From Anolis carolinensis (taxonomy: Eukaryota): DNA of 64,000 nt. The stretch is from positions 10,183,923-10,247,922 of the forward strand of contig NC_085844.1 of NCBI RefSeq assembly GCF_035594765.1. Reading direction: 5' to 3'. The notes beneath the pieces are model-generated. The model saw nothing but the letters and a program-made list of their open reading frames with translations. It was not told the origin of the DNA and did not search any database. The position numbers and the translations under genes are program-made. Below, one piece after another: positions 13,332 to 26,337 of this stretch; the stretch's first letter is position 1; each line of letters opens with the position of its first letter.

Positions 13332-13724
13332 CCGTGTTTCCCCGAAAATAAGACAGTGTCTTATATTAATTTTTGCTCCCAAAGATACTCTAGGTCTTAT
13401 TTTCAGGGAATTCACATTTATTGTTGAAAAAAAAAAGAACATTTATTATATACTGTATAGTAGTTGTCATCACAAATCAGCATAACCAGACAAACTGTGA
13501 ATCCTATCAAGAATTTCTTGTTACTACCATTATTTTCATGTACAACACTCTATGGTACGTACATTGACCAATCCTGCATGCTCTGGTGTTCTGTTTGGCG
13601 GGCATGCTTCCAAACAAAAACTTTGCTAGGTCTTACTTTCGGGGGAGGCCTTATATTTAGCAATTCAGCAAAACTTCTACTAGGCCTTATTTTCTGGGGA
13701 TGTCTTATTTTAGGGGAAACAGGG
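13332..13724. mobile_element. Tc1/mariner (pogo/Tigger-like) MITE
   Basis: TA|CCGTGTTTCCCCGAAAATAAGAC ... GTCTTATTTTAGGGGAAACAGGG terminal inverted repeats. Confidence 0.85.
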
Positions 13725-14059
13725 TGATGATAAACAAAATGGCATTCAAATGGGATGGCCATTAAGATGGCTGACTGGTAAATAAAACTCTGAATTTCAG
13801 ATTCATAGCTCAACACTCAAACCACTACATCACAGTGGCTGCCATAACATTTTGTCTCCCTTGAAAGGAGTGGGAGTTTTTAAATCAACTCCATGTTCTA
13901 TTGACTGTGGTATTCTTCCTGGCCTAGGTAACGTATTTTTTTAAAAATTGGGTTATTCCTGTCTGATCATTGGCATAACTAAAATGCTAACACTACTACA
14001 CACTATAATTAGGGATAGCAAAGGAATAAACAGAACTGGAATATTTCCCTTGTTTCTTT

Positions 14060-14900
14060 TATTTATTGATATTGGCATATGAGATTTAACACAAACAATC
14101 TAAATTACAATCACGATAATACATATTCAAATATATGGAATCAGAGAGAGCAAAATGGAGAAACAATAAAAAAAGGGGAAAGGAAAAGGGGATAATCGTA
14201 AAACAACAAAGTGCTTTGACCAGCACCACCCCCTCCAATCTTGGCTGTAATGAAAACAAAAAGGGAAGTATTATTCTGCCTCTACAGATCTAATTAAATT
14301 ATCCTAATAAAATGATGAATAACAATAAATGCAGATTAGCATTACATTGTCAGATTTCAAAATAGCCATACATGGTTTCCTTTGTTTCACAAGGTCTACC
14401 ATATCCTTTGGAAGCCAGGTTAATTGGGTCGTTTGGGCCAACTCAGTAATGACAACAATTTGTTCTTCCATCGTTGGTGCTTCAATTTATTTCCAAGTTT
14501 AAATAAACCATAGCTGTGCTGCTGATGTCATCAAAGAAGTAATCCATATTTACTATTCAGTTCTTTATCCATAATTCTCACCAGAAACCTTACAAAATCC
14601 ACCTTTCAATGTGTTTGGATAAACATATAAATCTTAGATTAATAAGTTTTCATCTTCTTGCAAGATTATCACATAGGAAAAAGGAATCATCCTTATCTTA
14701 ACATCTACAATATTGCTTTAAAACATTCTGGGTCATTTTCAACAGTTTAGATGCCATCTACATGCCATTTTATACAGTTTTTATTTTAAATCCCTGCACA
14801 TATATGTTTATATATTTAGATTATATTTTCTCCCATGCATCCATATGGACATTATGCCCCAAGTTTTGGGTCCGCATTACCCTATTCTGAAAGCATTTTA
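14060..14900 (-). mobile_element. Old, heavily decayed L1-clade LINE 3' fragment
   Basis: Minus-strand translation gives remnants such as KLYKMACRWHL and APTMEEQ..ITELAQ, homologous to the ORF2 C-terminus of the adjacent L1. Confidence 0.5.
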
Positions 14901-14919
14901 CCATTCTGGGTAAAGTGTC

Positions 14920-17900
14920 TTTTTTTTCCTTTTTTTCCCAATTAAATAATATTTTTATTGTTATTATTGAGAAAATTACAATTATATAAACATATTCTAT
15001 ACATTTCCCCCTCTTTTATTTACATTCACCCCTGTGCTCCCCTTCCCCAGAGCCATCTCTTCTTCTGTAGTCCCACCAAAAGTTCAATTCTTCATTTGGA
15101 GGTAAATTCCCATCTTCTTTTTCCAATAATTTTTCTAGAAATTTTCTCCAAATACTTTCAAAATCATTTTTTCCCATAATCCCTTCTTTACTTTTAAATT
15201 TGATGTTAGCTTGCCATTCAGTGCCATTCGCCAAACTTCTTTATACCATTCATTAATTTGTATTTTCATTTCTCCTTTCCAATATTTTGCAATTAGTAAT
15301 CTAGCTGCTGTTAATAGCATGTCTATTAATTTTTTCCCTCTTATCTTTCTCATCCTCTTTTTTAATTAAAAGTAATATTTCCACTGGATTCCTTCTAATT
15401 TTTATATTCATAATATTTTCTATTTCCCTTATGACCAATTCCCAAAAATCTTTTACATGTTTACAATCCCACCACATATGCATGTAGGTTCCAATTTCCT
15501 GGCACCCTCGCCAGCATTTTTCATTATTCTTATTCATAATATTTAACCTTCTTGGTGTTAAATACCACTTCCAAATTAGTTTGTAATAATTTTCTTTTAT
15601 TCTAATTGACATGTTTTTTAATTGTCTTGTTTTCCATATCTCCTCCCATTCTTTTTCTGTTATCTTTGTTCCTAATTCCTCCTCCCATGATTCTCTTAAT
15701 GTTAATCTTTTCTTTTTTTTCTATGTCTTTAATTAATATTTTATATATTTTACTTGTTGTTCCTTTTAATGGCTCACTATTTTCTCTTTTTAATGCTTTT
15801 ATTATTAATTCCTCAAATTGCGTTATTTTTTTTCCAGTTTCATTTCGGGCCCACCAGTTTTCATTCCATTTTTCTAATTGAAACCAATGAATCCAAGAAA
15901 TATTTATTCCTCTCAATTCTTCTCTTATTTTTACCTTTTCCATTTTTTGTTCTATCCAATTTCCTACCCTTTTTAGTTCCCTTTTTTCTAACTCTTTATC
16001 TAGTGTTCCTTTTAGTTCCTTTGGGAAATCTTTTTCCATTATTATTGGCGTTAAAACTGAATTCTTATAAATTAATTGTCCTTTATATTTACTCCATATT
16101 TCCATTATATTTCTTAATGATACATTTCCAATTTGTTTTATCTCTTTCTTTGAGATTTCCTTAAAGAATATGTTATCCTTCCTCCACTCAACTGCCTTAT
16201 TCCCTGATTCCATCCATTCCAAACCTTCTCCATCCATCATCTTCTCTACTACATATCTTAATTGGTTTGCCTCATAATATTTTTTTATATTTGGAATGCC
16301 CAATCCTCCTTCTTTTTTGGGGGTTGTACCAAATTTGTTTGTTTAATCTGTTCTTTTTACCATTATTGCAATATTTGTTTATCATTTGTTGCCAGTTATT
16401 TATTTCCTTTTCTGAAATCATTAATGGTATCATTCTGAACAAGAAATTTATTTTGGGTAAGACTTTCATTTTTACTAGGGCTATTCTGCCGAACCATGAT
16501 AATCGCAGATTATTATAATCCTTTAACTTCCCCTCCATGTGTTTTCTTAATTCTTCTAGATTTTTCCTTTCTATGGATTTTAGATCTTTGGTTATGATTA
16601 TTCCAAGGTATTTTATATTTTCTTTTACGCATATTCTCATGTCTTTTATATCCATCTGCTTTTTAAACTCCTCTTCCTCCTGCTTGGTATAATTAAATAA
16701 CATTGCTTCTGATTTTTTCCAATTTATCTTCAATCCAGTTGCCCATTCAAATTCTGTTAAATGTTTCTTAATTATTTCCATTTTCTTCATTATCTCCTTA
16801 ATTGTTATCAATGTGTGGTCCGCAAATAAGCTAATTTTTCCTAACTTTGTTCCTATGCCTTCTAATTCCTTGTCTTTTCTTATTACATTAGCCAGTAATT
16901 CCATTACCATAGCAAATAGTATAGGTGACATAGGACATCCTTGCCTTGTACCTCGTGTTACTTTTATCTCTCCTGTGATTCCATCATTTAGTATTATCTT
17001 TGTATAATTATCTGAATACAATTGGCTCATTATATTTTTGAACCTTTTTCCTAATCCAATTTTGTTCATTATTGTTTGAATAGTTGGCCATTCCACACTA
17101 TCAAAGGCTTTAAATATATCCAGTGCTAGAATCCCCGCTTTGTTTTTTCCCCCTTCTATTATTTGTATTTTATTTATTACTCTTCCTATCAGGTTGGACA
17201 TTTGTCTCCCTTTAACAAACCCACATTGATCTTGTTTTATATATTTATACATAAAGTTGCTCATTCTGTTGGTAATAATCGCTGTTAAAATTTTGGCATC
17301 TTGATTAATTAATGATATTGGTCTGTAAGAACCAGGGTCTGTCAAGTCTTTTTTTGGTTTGGGTAATAGTATTGTTAATGATTGTTTCCATGATCCTGGT
17401 ATTCGTTCTCCATCCATTATTGCATTGAATAATTCTAATAATTTTGGAGTTATCATTGCTTCAAATGTTTTATAATATTCTGGGCCCAGCCCATCCGGTC
17501 CAGGTGCTTTCCCAATTTTTAATTTCCTAATTACTTGTTCTATTTCTTCTTTTTTAATGGGTGCTTCTAATAACTCTCTATCTGTTTCTTCTATTTTTAC
17601 TGTCCAATTTCTTTCCACATATTTATGAATTTTATCCTTTGAGCATTTCCCAGCCTGACAGAGTTCTTTATAAAATTCTTCAAATATCTTTAATTTGTCT
17701 TTCATTGACCTACAAATGTTTCCAGATTTATCTCTCACTGCGTTTATCTCATTTTTCATTTTTTTTCTTTTGTGCAGCTCTGGCTAACATTTTGATATTC
17801 CTTTTTCAATAAATTTCCAATTCTTTTAGTTTTACATATTGTTCCCAGACCTCTAACATTCAGTGTCACTATTTTCAGTTTACTAGACATTATATTCAAT

Positions 17901-18010
17901 ATTAATTTCTGTTGTTGGCTCTCTTATGTGCATTCCACCCCCAAAGTCCCCATCCCATTTCCCCCCTTGTCCCCTTACCCTCCCCCTTTCTTCTTTCTTC
18001 CTCTCCACTT
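14920..18010 (-). mobile_element. L1-clade LINE, frameshifted ORF2 with internal deletion of the endonuclease
   Basis: ORFs 16272-17759, 15602-16303, 15301-15612, 15135-15353; motifs KAPGPDG, YRPISLIN, QCGFVKGR, KAFDSV, RGTRQGCPMSPILF, LFADH (mutated YADD-type site), C-terminal CWRGC..HMWWDC; A-rich tail near 14920-14935. Confidence 0.9.
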
Positions 18011-18229
18011 CTGAGACACTATGCCCCAGCCCTGGCCCCATAGGCCAACTTGTGGAGAGCGGTGGAGTGGTAATCCCAGGCCCGCTGTTCTCCCTCCCCT
18101 GTGTCTTTTCCACAGTCTGTGCTGCTGTATTTCACTTATCCTGATAAAATCTGTCCTTCAGATGCACATGAACAAACCAATTAAGATCTTTGCTTTCCTT
18201 AAGAACCATCCGTCTTGACATTAACATCT

Positions 18230-18830
18230 ATCTATTTATTTACTTACTTACTTCATTTATATCCCACTCTTCTCACCCTGCAGGGGACTTAGAGCGGCAT
18301 ACATCATATATTTGGGCAAACATTCAATGCTTCAATTATATACATTGTTAAGACATAACATAAAATTATTAAAATGGTAAACATAATATACAATGTAAAA
18401 CCAGTAACATATTAAGCATGATAAATCCAATACACAATACCACATTGCATCAATCTTTAGTCATAATTTGGCTGCTTAATTTCTGACCATATTGTCTCAT
18501 GATGCTAGATTGCATTCTTGTCATTCCCCAAAAGCTTGTTTGAATAGCCAGTTCTCAACTTATTTCCTAAATGCCAGGAGGAAGGGAGCAGATCTGATCT
18601 TGCTAGGAAGGGAATTTCACAGCCAAGGGGCCACCACCGAGAAGGCCTTGTCTCTCATCACCATCAATCTCATTTGCGAAGGTGGTGGGATCGAGAACAG
18701 GACCACCCCAGAAGATCGTAGTGCTTGAACTGGTTCATAAAGGGAGATATATTCGAATAGGTAAGCTAGACCGGAGTCATTTAGGGTTTTATAGGCCAAA
18801 ACCTGCACTTTGAATTATGCTCAGTAGCAG
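18230..18830 (-). mobile_element. L2 LINE 3' fragment
   Basis: ORF 18617-18808 (QVLAYKTLN..LRSSG..AFSVVAP) is homologous to the C-terminus of ORF 42781-45051; L2 tail with TAAA/TAAG repeats. Confidence 0.8.
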
Positions 18831-20532
18831 CAAAAAGGGGGTTGGGTGGGTGGGTTGTGTGCTGGATTACATATGGTTATCTTGTTACAAATACAAATGA
18901 TCATCATAAAGCAGCCATCTCCAATTTTAACCCATTATTTGCTAAAAAATTAAAGGCTTCCCACAATTTGGTGGTCAATATTATCTCATGAAAGAGAAAC
19001 TCTCTGCTTACACCTATCCCAAACTCATAGTAGAGCATCTCTAATGCAATGCTTTATACATTCAGCATGTGCCTTAGCTTTCCCTCTCTCTCTAATTCTT
19101 CCTTGCTTTAAAATCAACTCCCTTAATTTGTCAATGCTAGTTAGATGATGCCACACTGCAGTTTAAAAAGTCACGTTGGCAAACCTTAAAAATAAGAGTA
19201 TATGCTTCATCGATCTCTCAAAGGAAATAATATTTTCTTAATATTACGCACAATAGAATTCATATGTGAGGGGATCTTGTGGCGAATTTCTGTAGCATAG
19301 GAAATGCTACTTTCCCTGAAGAAGTATCCCTTAAGACTAATCATATAAATCAGGACTTTCTAATGCATGTCTGTATAAAGGAGTATTTTGAGTGTGATTT
19401 ACATATTTGAAGAACCACTCAGGTTTTAAGATGGTGGAAATAAATTACAAACTAAAAGTATTAAACAATTGGACTAGTTAATTGAAAGCTATGTACAGAT
19501 AATAAATGTACAAATTAAGAATAAAACAGTCAAATTTTAACTTGATACTGGAAGGAAAGCAATGTCTACTAAAGCTCTGAGTTTAGGGCATTCCAGGTGA
19601 ACACAGATTGTAATCAACATAGACTGTAATCAGAAATTGTTTGTGGTTTAAAGAGGATATTCACAAGGCCCTGGCATTGTATGCAGCCATAATGCCTCTG
19701 TGTATTGCACAAACTATGCACCTGGACACACAAGATTGCAGTCATGGCAGTTCTAACATAACACAAATGACAGAGCTAATCAAATAATATCAGCTATGGG
19801 AAGATGCACAGACTCACTAAGGTAGATCAGCATCTCTAAACAAGTTGCATTGCCATACAATATAGACTCCTACTGCACTTTATCACTGGCCTATCTTATT
19901 AGTACCCTCAATATACTGCACAAGTATAATTTATTCCCTTGCCTCTAATATTGAATACACCATTGTGCCGGCCATTGGCTACTGGTTAGGTTGTTGTCAA
20001 CTGGAATGTATTTTATGTTGTTGTACTTTATTGTACATTACTCTGCTTGCTCCCCATGTAAGCCACCCCAAGTCCCCTTGGGGAGATGGGGTGGGATACA
20101 TGAATAAAGTTATTATTATTATTATACTGGTGATATACACATGCTACCTGCCCCTATGCAATATGAAAGCCAACTAGGATTTTTTCCACTTTACATTGGA
20201 TTCTTCATTTGCCACATACTATTTCTGATGGGTTTGTAATTTGTCTGTTTTTATTGACAATTATTATTGGGTCTAGAATAAGAATTAGTATTCATTATTC
20301 TTGCATATAGGATCAAATTAAATTATGTAAATATTTGCATTCCGCTAGCAGTACGACACCTTCTCTCCCTGGCGCAATACCATTTTGGACACTTCAATAT
20401 TGCTTTATAAGGTTTTTGTGTATCAGAAATGTGATGAAATAGAGTCAGAATGGCTGTAATAATATCCTGAAGGCCGCATGTTTCCGCTGAGATGCATTAT
20501 TTTCAGTCATGATTTCAGCTCATATAAAAGCA

Positions 20533-21480
20533 TCACAATTGGGTTTGGACTGAGGTTTTCATTTCTTCCGTATCATTTTCATTCTCTGTGAAAAGTCTGG
20601 CTAGTATTTTCTTTACTTTCTCCCCAGATCGGTCCCTCTTCTCTTTCCCAATCAAAAAATAGATGAGGGGGTTAACAGTACTGTTTATATAGGCACCAAG
20701 GAAAGCATATTCATAGTAATAGGGATCATTTAAAAGAGGGACATCATCTGAGAAGTATTGAATAGCATTCATTGGAAACGTAAAGAAGAGGAAGAAGAGA
20801 AGGGTGAGCAAGATGACTGTTAGAAGCTTCCCCCGCTTGTATTGAGGGGATATTATGCAGATTTTAATTAGTAGCGCTACAGTGCAGATGGTCATAAGTG
20901 ATGTGCAAACCACTGTATTCAGGAAGAATAGATAGTACGAGAGGTTATCATTTTGAATGATTATTGGAAGGACTATATCGCTAAACAAAAAAAGAAAGTT
21001 GAAAATCCATATTACAGCACACAGAGTGGGGGACAGATATGGTGGTCGGTGGCATCGATGCCAAAATGGAAAGAAGACACAAACACACCTGTCAATGCTG
21101 ATGAGCGACAGTAGACACTGACTAGTGCTGAACATGAATCGAAAGAGAGTGTTAAAGAATATTATTGAGAAGTGATGCATGTCTACATAGGTGAGTAATT
21201 GTGCAAGCCAAATTGTATTTATAGCAACAATAGCTGTGACCACACCAAAATCAGCTATGGCTAGGTTCAAGACATAGGTAGTGAAAGGATTTCTCTTAAT
21301 GCAGAAGCCAAGAAGCCAGAAGACAACCCCGTTCCCTACAAATCCCAAAAGGCTGGTAGAAAGAGCCATGATGGTTGTCAGAAATATCACTACACTTGGT
21401 AACACTGCCTCTTTTTCTGTTCCATTATACCACATTTCAGGATTGGGCAGAGTCCTCAGGGACAGGTTGGAATCAGCCAT
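20533..21480 (-). CDS. Mas-related GPCR, type A, 315 aa, intact
   Basis: 7TM; GFVGNG, YVLNLAIAD, SIDRCVCVFFPFWHRCHRP, INSTVNPLIYFLIG; polypyrimidine tract plus acceptor CAG at 21525-21526. Confidence 0.93.
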   Translation of the reverse strand: MADSNLSLRTLPNPEMWYNGTEKEAVLPSVVIFLTTIMALSTSLLGFVGNGVVFWLLGFCIKRNPFTTYVLNLAIADFGVVTAIVAINTIWLAQLLTYVDMHHFSIIFFNTLFRFMFSTSQCLLSLISIDRCVCVFFPFWHRCHRPPYLSPTLCAVIWIFNFLFLFSDIVLPIIIQNDNLSYYLFFLNTVVCTSLMTICTVALLIKICIISPQYKRGKLLTVILLTLLFFLFFTFPMNAIQYFSDDVPLLNDPYYYEYAFLGAYINSTVNPLIYFLIGKEKRDRSGEKVKKILARLFTENENDTEEMKTSVQTQL

Positions 21481-22997
21481 TGTGTTCCGTTCCTGCTTTG
21501 GTGCGTCTTCTTTTGATGCAGTTCCTGATAGAAAAAAGAAAACAGATAATGCTATGAAGACTAATCATGATCAGTAGGGGTGTGCAATTTGAGAAAACCC
21601 TATGCAGTTTTCAGTACCCAGTTTTTGACACCCTCCCATTCCATTTTTAGGGAACGTCCTGAATTCGGAAGGGCTTTCTGTATTCATGCCAAAAAAATTT
21701 GGTCCATTGACACCTATGGGGAAAATTTAGAGGCTTGTTTCTTTGTCATTTTAGGCATATCAGTAGGAAACCTGCCTCACTTGTTGGCCACATGCAAGCT
21801 GGCCAAGTTTCAGAATGTTTCACCAATCTACTGATTTTTGGGAAATTTTAATATTTTTTACCATAACATTTTTTAAAAAAAAGACTCACAAGAGGAGATT
21901 CTGCAAATAGAAGTCCCAAGCGCACACCACAACGGGGAAGGAAAATGAACACAGTCAACCGGGCCTCTTACTGGCTGAGAAAGAAAGTGAGAAACACATA
22001 GAGATAAAAATTAAAAACTTCATGCCCCGAGAAGGAACACAGTCTCCTTCAATGCCCGCATCACACAAAGTGCTGCTGGGAAATAGAGTTCCCATTTATT
22101 TGCCTCAAGCAGACACAAGGGTGGGGAAGTGTCTTCAGGAAAAGATGAAGGAGCCTGCCAGGGAAGAAAACATTGGAGGAGCATGATTTGCAAGGCCACA
22201 GGCCACCTCCACCTCAGGTAGAGTGCTGCTCGGCCCCATTAGCCCCCATTAGCCAAAAAGATCTGGCTACTCTGATTCCTTTTGGCCAAAGCTTTGGCTG
22301 TTTCCCACCAGTCTTGCTTTCATGCATTCAGCAGATGAATTTCCTGAATGCCAGAATCTGGGTCACCAAAAGGATATTTTGTACACCCCTGGTGATCAGT
22401 GCTGCTTCACCTTTTAAGCAAGCCTTGACGGGCAAAATAAAAAGATCAATTTGAATTCAAAGTAGAATGTATTTCTTCTGACAAGTGTCATTTGTTCATA
22501 TTTAAATCTCTTTTGTTTTATTTCCATATCAATGCGGGGCATTTTAAAGAGTTGGCCAGCTTTTGATATCTCCAGACTTCATTGTCAAATAAGATGTTTT
22601 TTACCATAACATTTTTTAAAAGTACACACAATAACAAACTTATTTTAAAATCATGCTGTAAAGTATCTTGAATGCCTATATGAATTTTTAACATGTCTGC
22701 ACCTCAACTTTAATTTCTAATATGATCACTTCAAGATCTTTGTATAGGAAGAAAGATGAGAAAGAATCGACCACTTTTGAGGAATTGTTAATGATGATAA
22801 CAAAGCAGAGACAACTTTTTTTTGCTTTGGGGCCGTATTGTGTGGCTGGTGAGGAGGGCCAGGCCAGGAGGAAGGGAGGTTGGGCACATGCTGGGGGGAT
22901 GGACCTGGGAGGAAGAGGGCCTGAGAGAGGGAGGGGCCAGAAGGGTGTGGGGCAGGGCCCAGGTCATCCTCAGGGTCTTCTCCTGGCATTATTCCTT

Positions 22998-23500
22998 CAT
23001 TTATTTATTTATTACAATATTTATATCGCACCCTTCTCACCCAACAGGGGACTCAGGGCGGCTTAAGATAAAACACATATATAAAATTGTACAATACACT
23101 ATAAATCAGTTAAAAATTATTAACTTACACCGGACATTCATAAAACACATTATAAAATACAGATGGGCGTGTTCAAGTTTAAAAGACTGGGTCTGTCAAT
23201 TGAGTTCCAGCGTACATAATAATAATTAGCGCTGCTAATTGTTATTCGAAAGCCTGGCCCCACAACCAAGTTTTAACTTTCCTACGGAAAGATAGGAGGG
23301 GGGGAGCCTGCCTGACTTCACTGGGCAGGGCGTTCCATAGGCGGGGAGCCACTACTGAAAAGGCCCTGTCTCTCGTCCCCGCCAGACGCACCTGTGAGGC
23401 TGATGGGACCGCGAGCAGGGCCTCAACTGATGATCTTAAGCTTCTAGGTGGGTCGTAGTGGGAGACACGTTCGGACAGATAAGCTGTGCCGGAACCGTTG
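22998..23500 (-). mobile_element. L2 LINE 3' fragment (present only in unit 1)
   Basis: (TTTA)n tail, GGGGACTCAGGGCGGCT motif, AAGGCCCTGTCTCTCGTCCCC RT C-terminal remnant. Confidence 0.75.
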
Positions 23501-24074
23501 GGATGCTCACCCCATCCTTACGACAGGAGAAAAAAACGACTTGCAGCAATTGCCCCAATCTTTCTCCCCAATACTCCTTCCTTGATCTTTGAGCTGTCCC
23601 TCAGCATTATGCTGAAAGGAGGGCAAGACAGACGGCTCTCAATCGCTTCCTCAAGCCATTCTCCTGACATAAGTACAGGGCCACCCATACCATCCTTATG
23701 CTGGGAGGAGGGTGAGACGCGCAGTGGCCGAGAGTGCTCCAGGGGCTCTCAGCTGCTGCATGCCTTCCTCCACCATTGTTTCTGCATAAGGGTCACCACA
23801 TCTTTATGCCAAGAGGACAGGGAAAATGAGGATGGCCTGAGATAGGGGCCCAGGGGGGCTTATATTGCCCATGCCTGCTCTAAAGACTAGAGCTTGAATC
23901 ACTACTTGGCAAGGGACACTTGGGAAAGTCAGACTCCTCAGCCTTAAAGCAAAGGACAAACAGTTTCTGAACAAGCATGGGAAGAAAACCCCATGAGAGG
24001 ATCAGTTTCCATACATCAGAAACAACTTGCAAGCACATATTTAGTTGCAAGCCATGCCTCTGACGGACATGGTC

Positions 24075-24345
24075 CGTAGAATTGGAAGAGGCCCCAAGGA
24101 CCATCCAGTCCAACCTCCATTCTGCCAAGCAGGAATACACAACCCAAAGCTCTTTCAATGGCTGGCCATTCAGCCTCTGCTTAAAAGCCCACAAAGAAGT
24201 CAACTCCACAACACTCCCAGGCAGCATATCCCACTGCAGAACAGCTCTTACCATCAGGAAGTTCTTCCTAATCTTAGGAGGAATCTCCTATTAATTTGAA
24301 TCTATTACTTTGTGTTCTACTCTCAGGAGCAACAGATAGCAAGCT
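24075..24345 (-). mobile_element. CR1 LINE 3' fragment (copies at about 37970 and 51595)
   Basis: AGAATTGGAAGAGGCCCCAAGGACCATCCAGTCCAACC...AGAACAGCTCTTACCATCAGGAAGTTCTTCCTAA is a typical reverse-oriented CR1 tail. Confidence 0.7.
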
Positions 24346-24528
24346 TATTGGGAGTGAAGAAAGAATTGCAACATTCAGTAGTTTGTTGGGGTGAGAAGCA
24401 GTGCATTTCGACTGTTTCTAGGGGTGGTTATGTAAGTATGTATCTATATAATTGAAAAGGGTTTATGCATGAGTGAGAATGCAAGAGAACTCTCTCTGTT
24501 TATGAAGACCACAGAGAAATGTGTGTAA

Positions 24529-24592
24529 TGTGTTGTCGAAGGCTTTCATGGCCGGGATCACAGGGTTGTTGTATGTTTTATGTTGCATGTTG
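24529..24592 (-). mobile_element. 64-bp Penelope-like insertion specific to unit 1
   Basis: Absent at 38412 and 52215; flanked by 11-bp TSD AATGTGTGTAA. Confidence 0.8.
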
Positions 24593-24907
24593 AATGTGTG
24601 TAAGTCTGTGCATAAGCATCAAAATGTAGAAAATAATGCTGAAATACATTCTGCCAGAAATATACTTTCTCGTATAAGAGGCCAGAGCAGAGGTCACCAA
24701 AATCTGACCTGGGCTAAAACCTTTAAGAAAACTGCCTAAGGCTGACAGAATCAAACCATAAATAAGTCCTTTCTTATGTCCATTGACCATGGTTCCAGTC
24801 CCAAATATCTCATGCAGATGTATCAACCCATCCCGTAGAAAGTCCAATTGACTGTAACATATGACAATGAGTCTCTTTGTGTAAATAGAGCCCCCTTCCC
24901 CACATAC

Positions 24908-24995
24908 CTGAGTGAAAGAATGGATATATCTTCAGATATAGTGATGAGAAAAAATGTTCTATAAAGTTCTGTGCTGGAATGACAGTTTATAGGAA
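24908..24995 (-). promoter_or_regulatory. Candidate non-coding exon 1/TATA of the type-A receptor
   Basis: CAG|GTATGT donor at 24908/24907 and TATAAA at 24986-24991 on minus strand; motif evidence only. Confidence 0.3.
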
Positions 24996-26101
24996 GAGAC
25001 GTTCCAAACACACCTCAAGTCTCCACAAGACCACACTGTTCTTGCTGTTCTTCAAAACCACTGTAAGAAAATATGCTCATGCCGTTGCAGAAAACTCGGG
25101 TCCAAATGGGATGAAATCGTGCTGTTCCTCCAATAAATGTAAGAAGAACAATGCATGCCACATTCTTCCTTTCTTCACTTCATAAGTTGCTATCTTCACA
25201 TCACAAGACCAGAACGTCATTTTAGTGGCTATCAAGATAATATCTAGTTTTAAAGGCTGAAACTCTGACTATGTGAGGCTGTAGTAGGCACTCTTGAGTA
25301 AAGCAAGTTGTCGGTTCCATCATTAGATTCACATTTTTGAGCATGGTTGTTCAAAACACTAATGAAAAAAATATTGGGGAGGGAGAAGAGGGAATGAATG
25401 CTAAGACCATTTAACACATCCTATAAAATTCATATGCCTTCTTATCTCCATAGTTGAGACATTATATGGATCTTGATTTGGTAGATAATATTTCCTAAAC
25501 ACAGAAAATGTTTCAGGTGACAAATGGAGGATTTGGAACTTTAGGGGAGCCACATTGACTTTCAAAAAATCATATCTTTCTTGAAAAGGATGATTTTATT
25601 TCCATGCTCTCCAGTCTATGGCATCTCTACTGACTTTGGTAATGTAGTTAAATGAAATTGGTTCCTCTTCTCTCTCCCCCCCCCTTCATTCATCACCATA
25701 CCTGTGATACTTAAACAAATAGGTTCAAGCTCATGCAGTGTCACTTTAAGTAGGATCACACAAGAAAACAATAGAACTGGTGTGCTTTCCATATTCAGAT
25801 TATTTGTTTATTGATATTTGATGTTTGCAATTTAATTCTAAATGATATACATTCTAAAATTAGAGATACAGATATGAGATTAGGAGAAAAAATACAAAGG
25901 GAAAGAAAAAGATACAATAGTATAGTATAAGTATAGTATATAAGTATAGTACAGATTCTGAGTATAGTATAAAAGAAAAAAAAAACAATAATTATTATTC
26001 TATATCCCAATAGAAGCAAAAAAAGAGAAGACTGTTGCATGTATAGGTTATCTGTGAATCAGCAGGAACATATAGCATCCATAATGCATATTCCTTTAGA
26101 T

Positions 26102-26218
26102 GAGGCATGGGAAACCTTCAGCCCTCCAGGTGTTTTGGACTCTAACAGCTGGTTGGCTGCTAGAAATTATGGGAGTTTAGGTCCAAAACACCTGGAGGGC
26201 CAAAATTTGCCCATGCCT
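26102..26218. mobile_element. Decayed hAT MITE downstream of type-B genes (copies about 39588, 53711)
   Basis: AGGCATGGGAAAC...TTTGCCCATGCCT termini; same family and same site as the MITE at 32798-35221. Confidence 0.75.
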
Positions 26219-26337
26219 TTTTTATACTATTCAAAGGTGTTTGTATATTTTAACAAATCTAAGTATAAAGAGGTATTTTTAACAAATTTACAAAAGGCTG
26301 ACCCTGACCCGGGGGGGGGGGGGCTTATAACTGGCTC

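Noticed and set aside
21281-21577. Plus-strand ORFs antisense to receptors and LINEs, recurring in each unit
   Set aside because: Shadow frames; recurrence reflects recent duplication, not coding constraint
26309-26323. Poly-G/C runs (also 4141, 5975, 39796, 41301, 53919) as functional G-quadruplexes
   Set aside because: Simple homopolymers of variable length between copies with no further support
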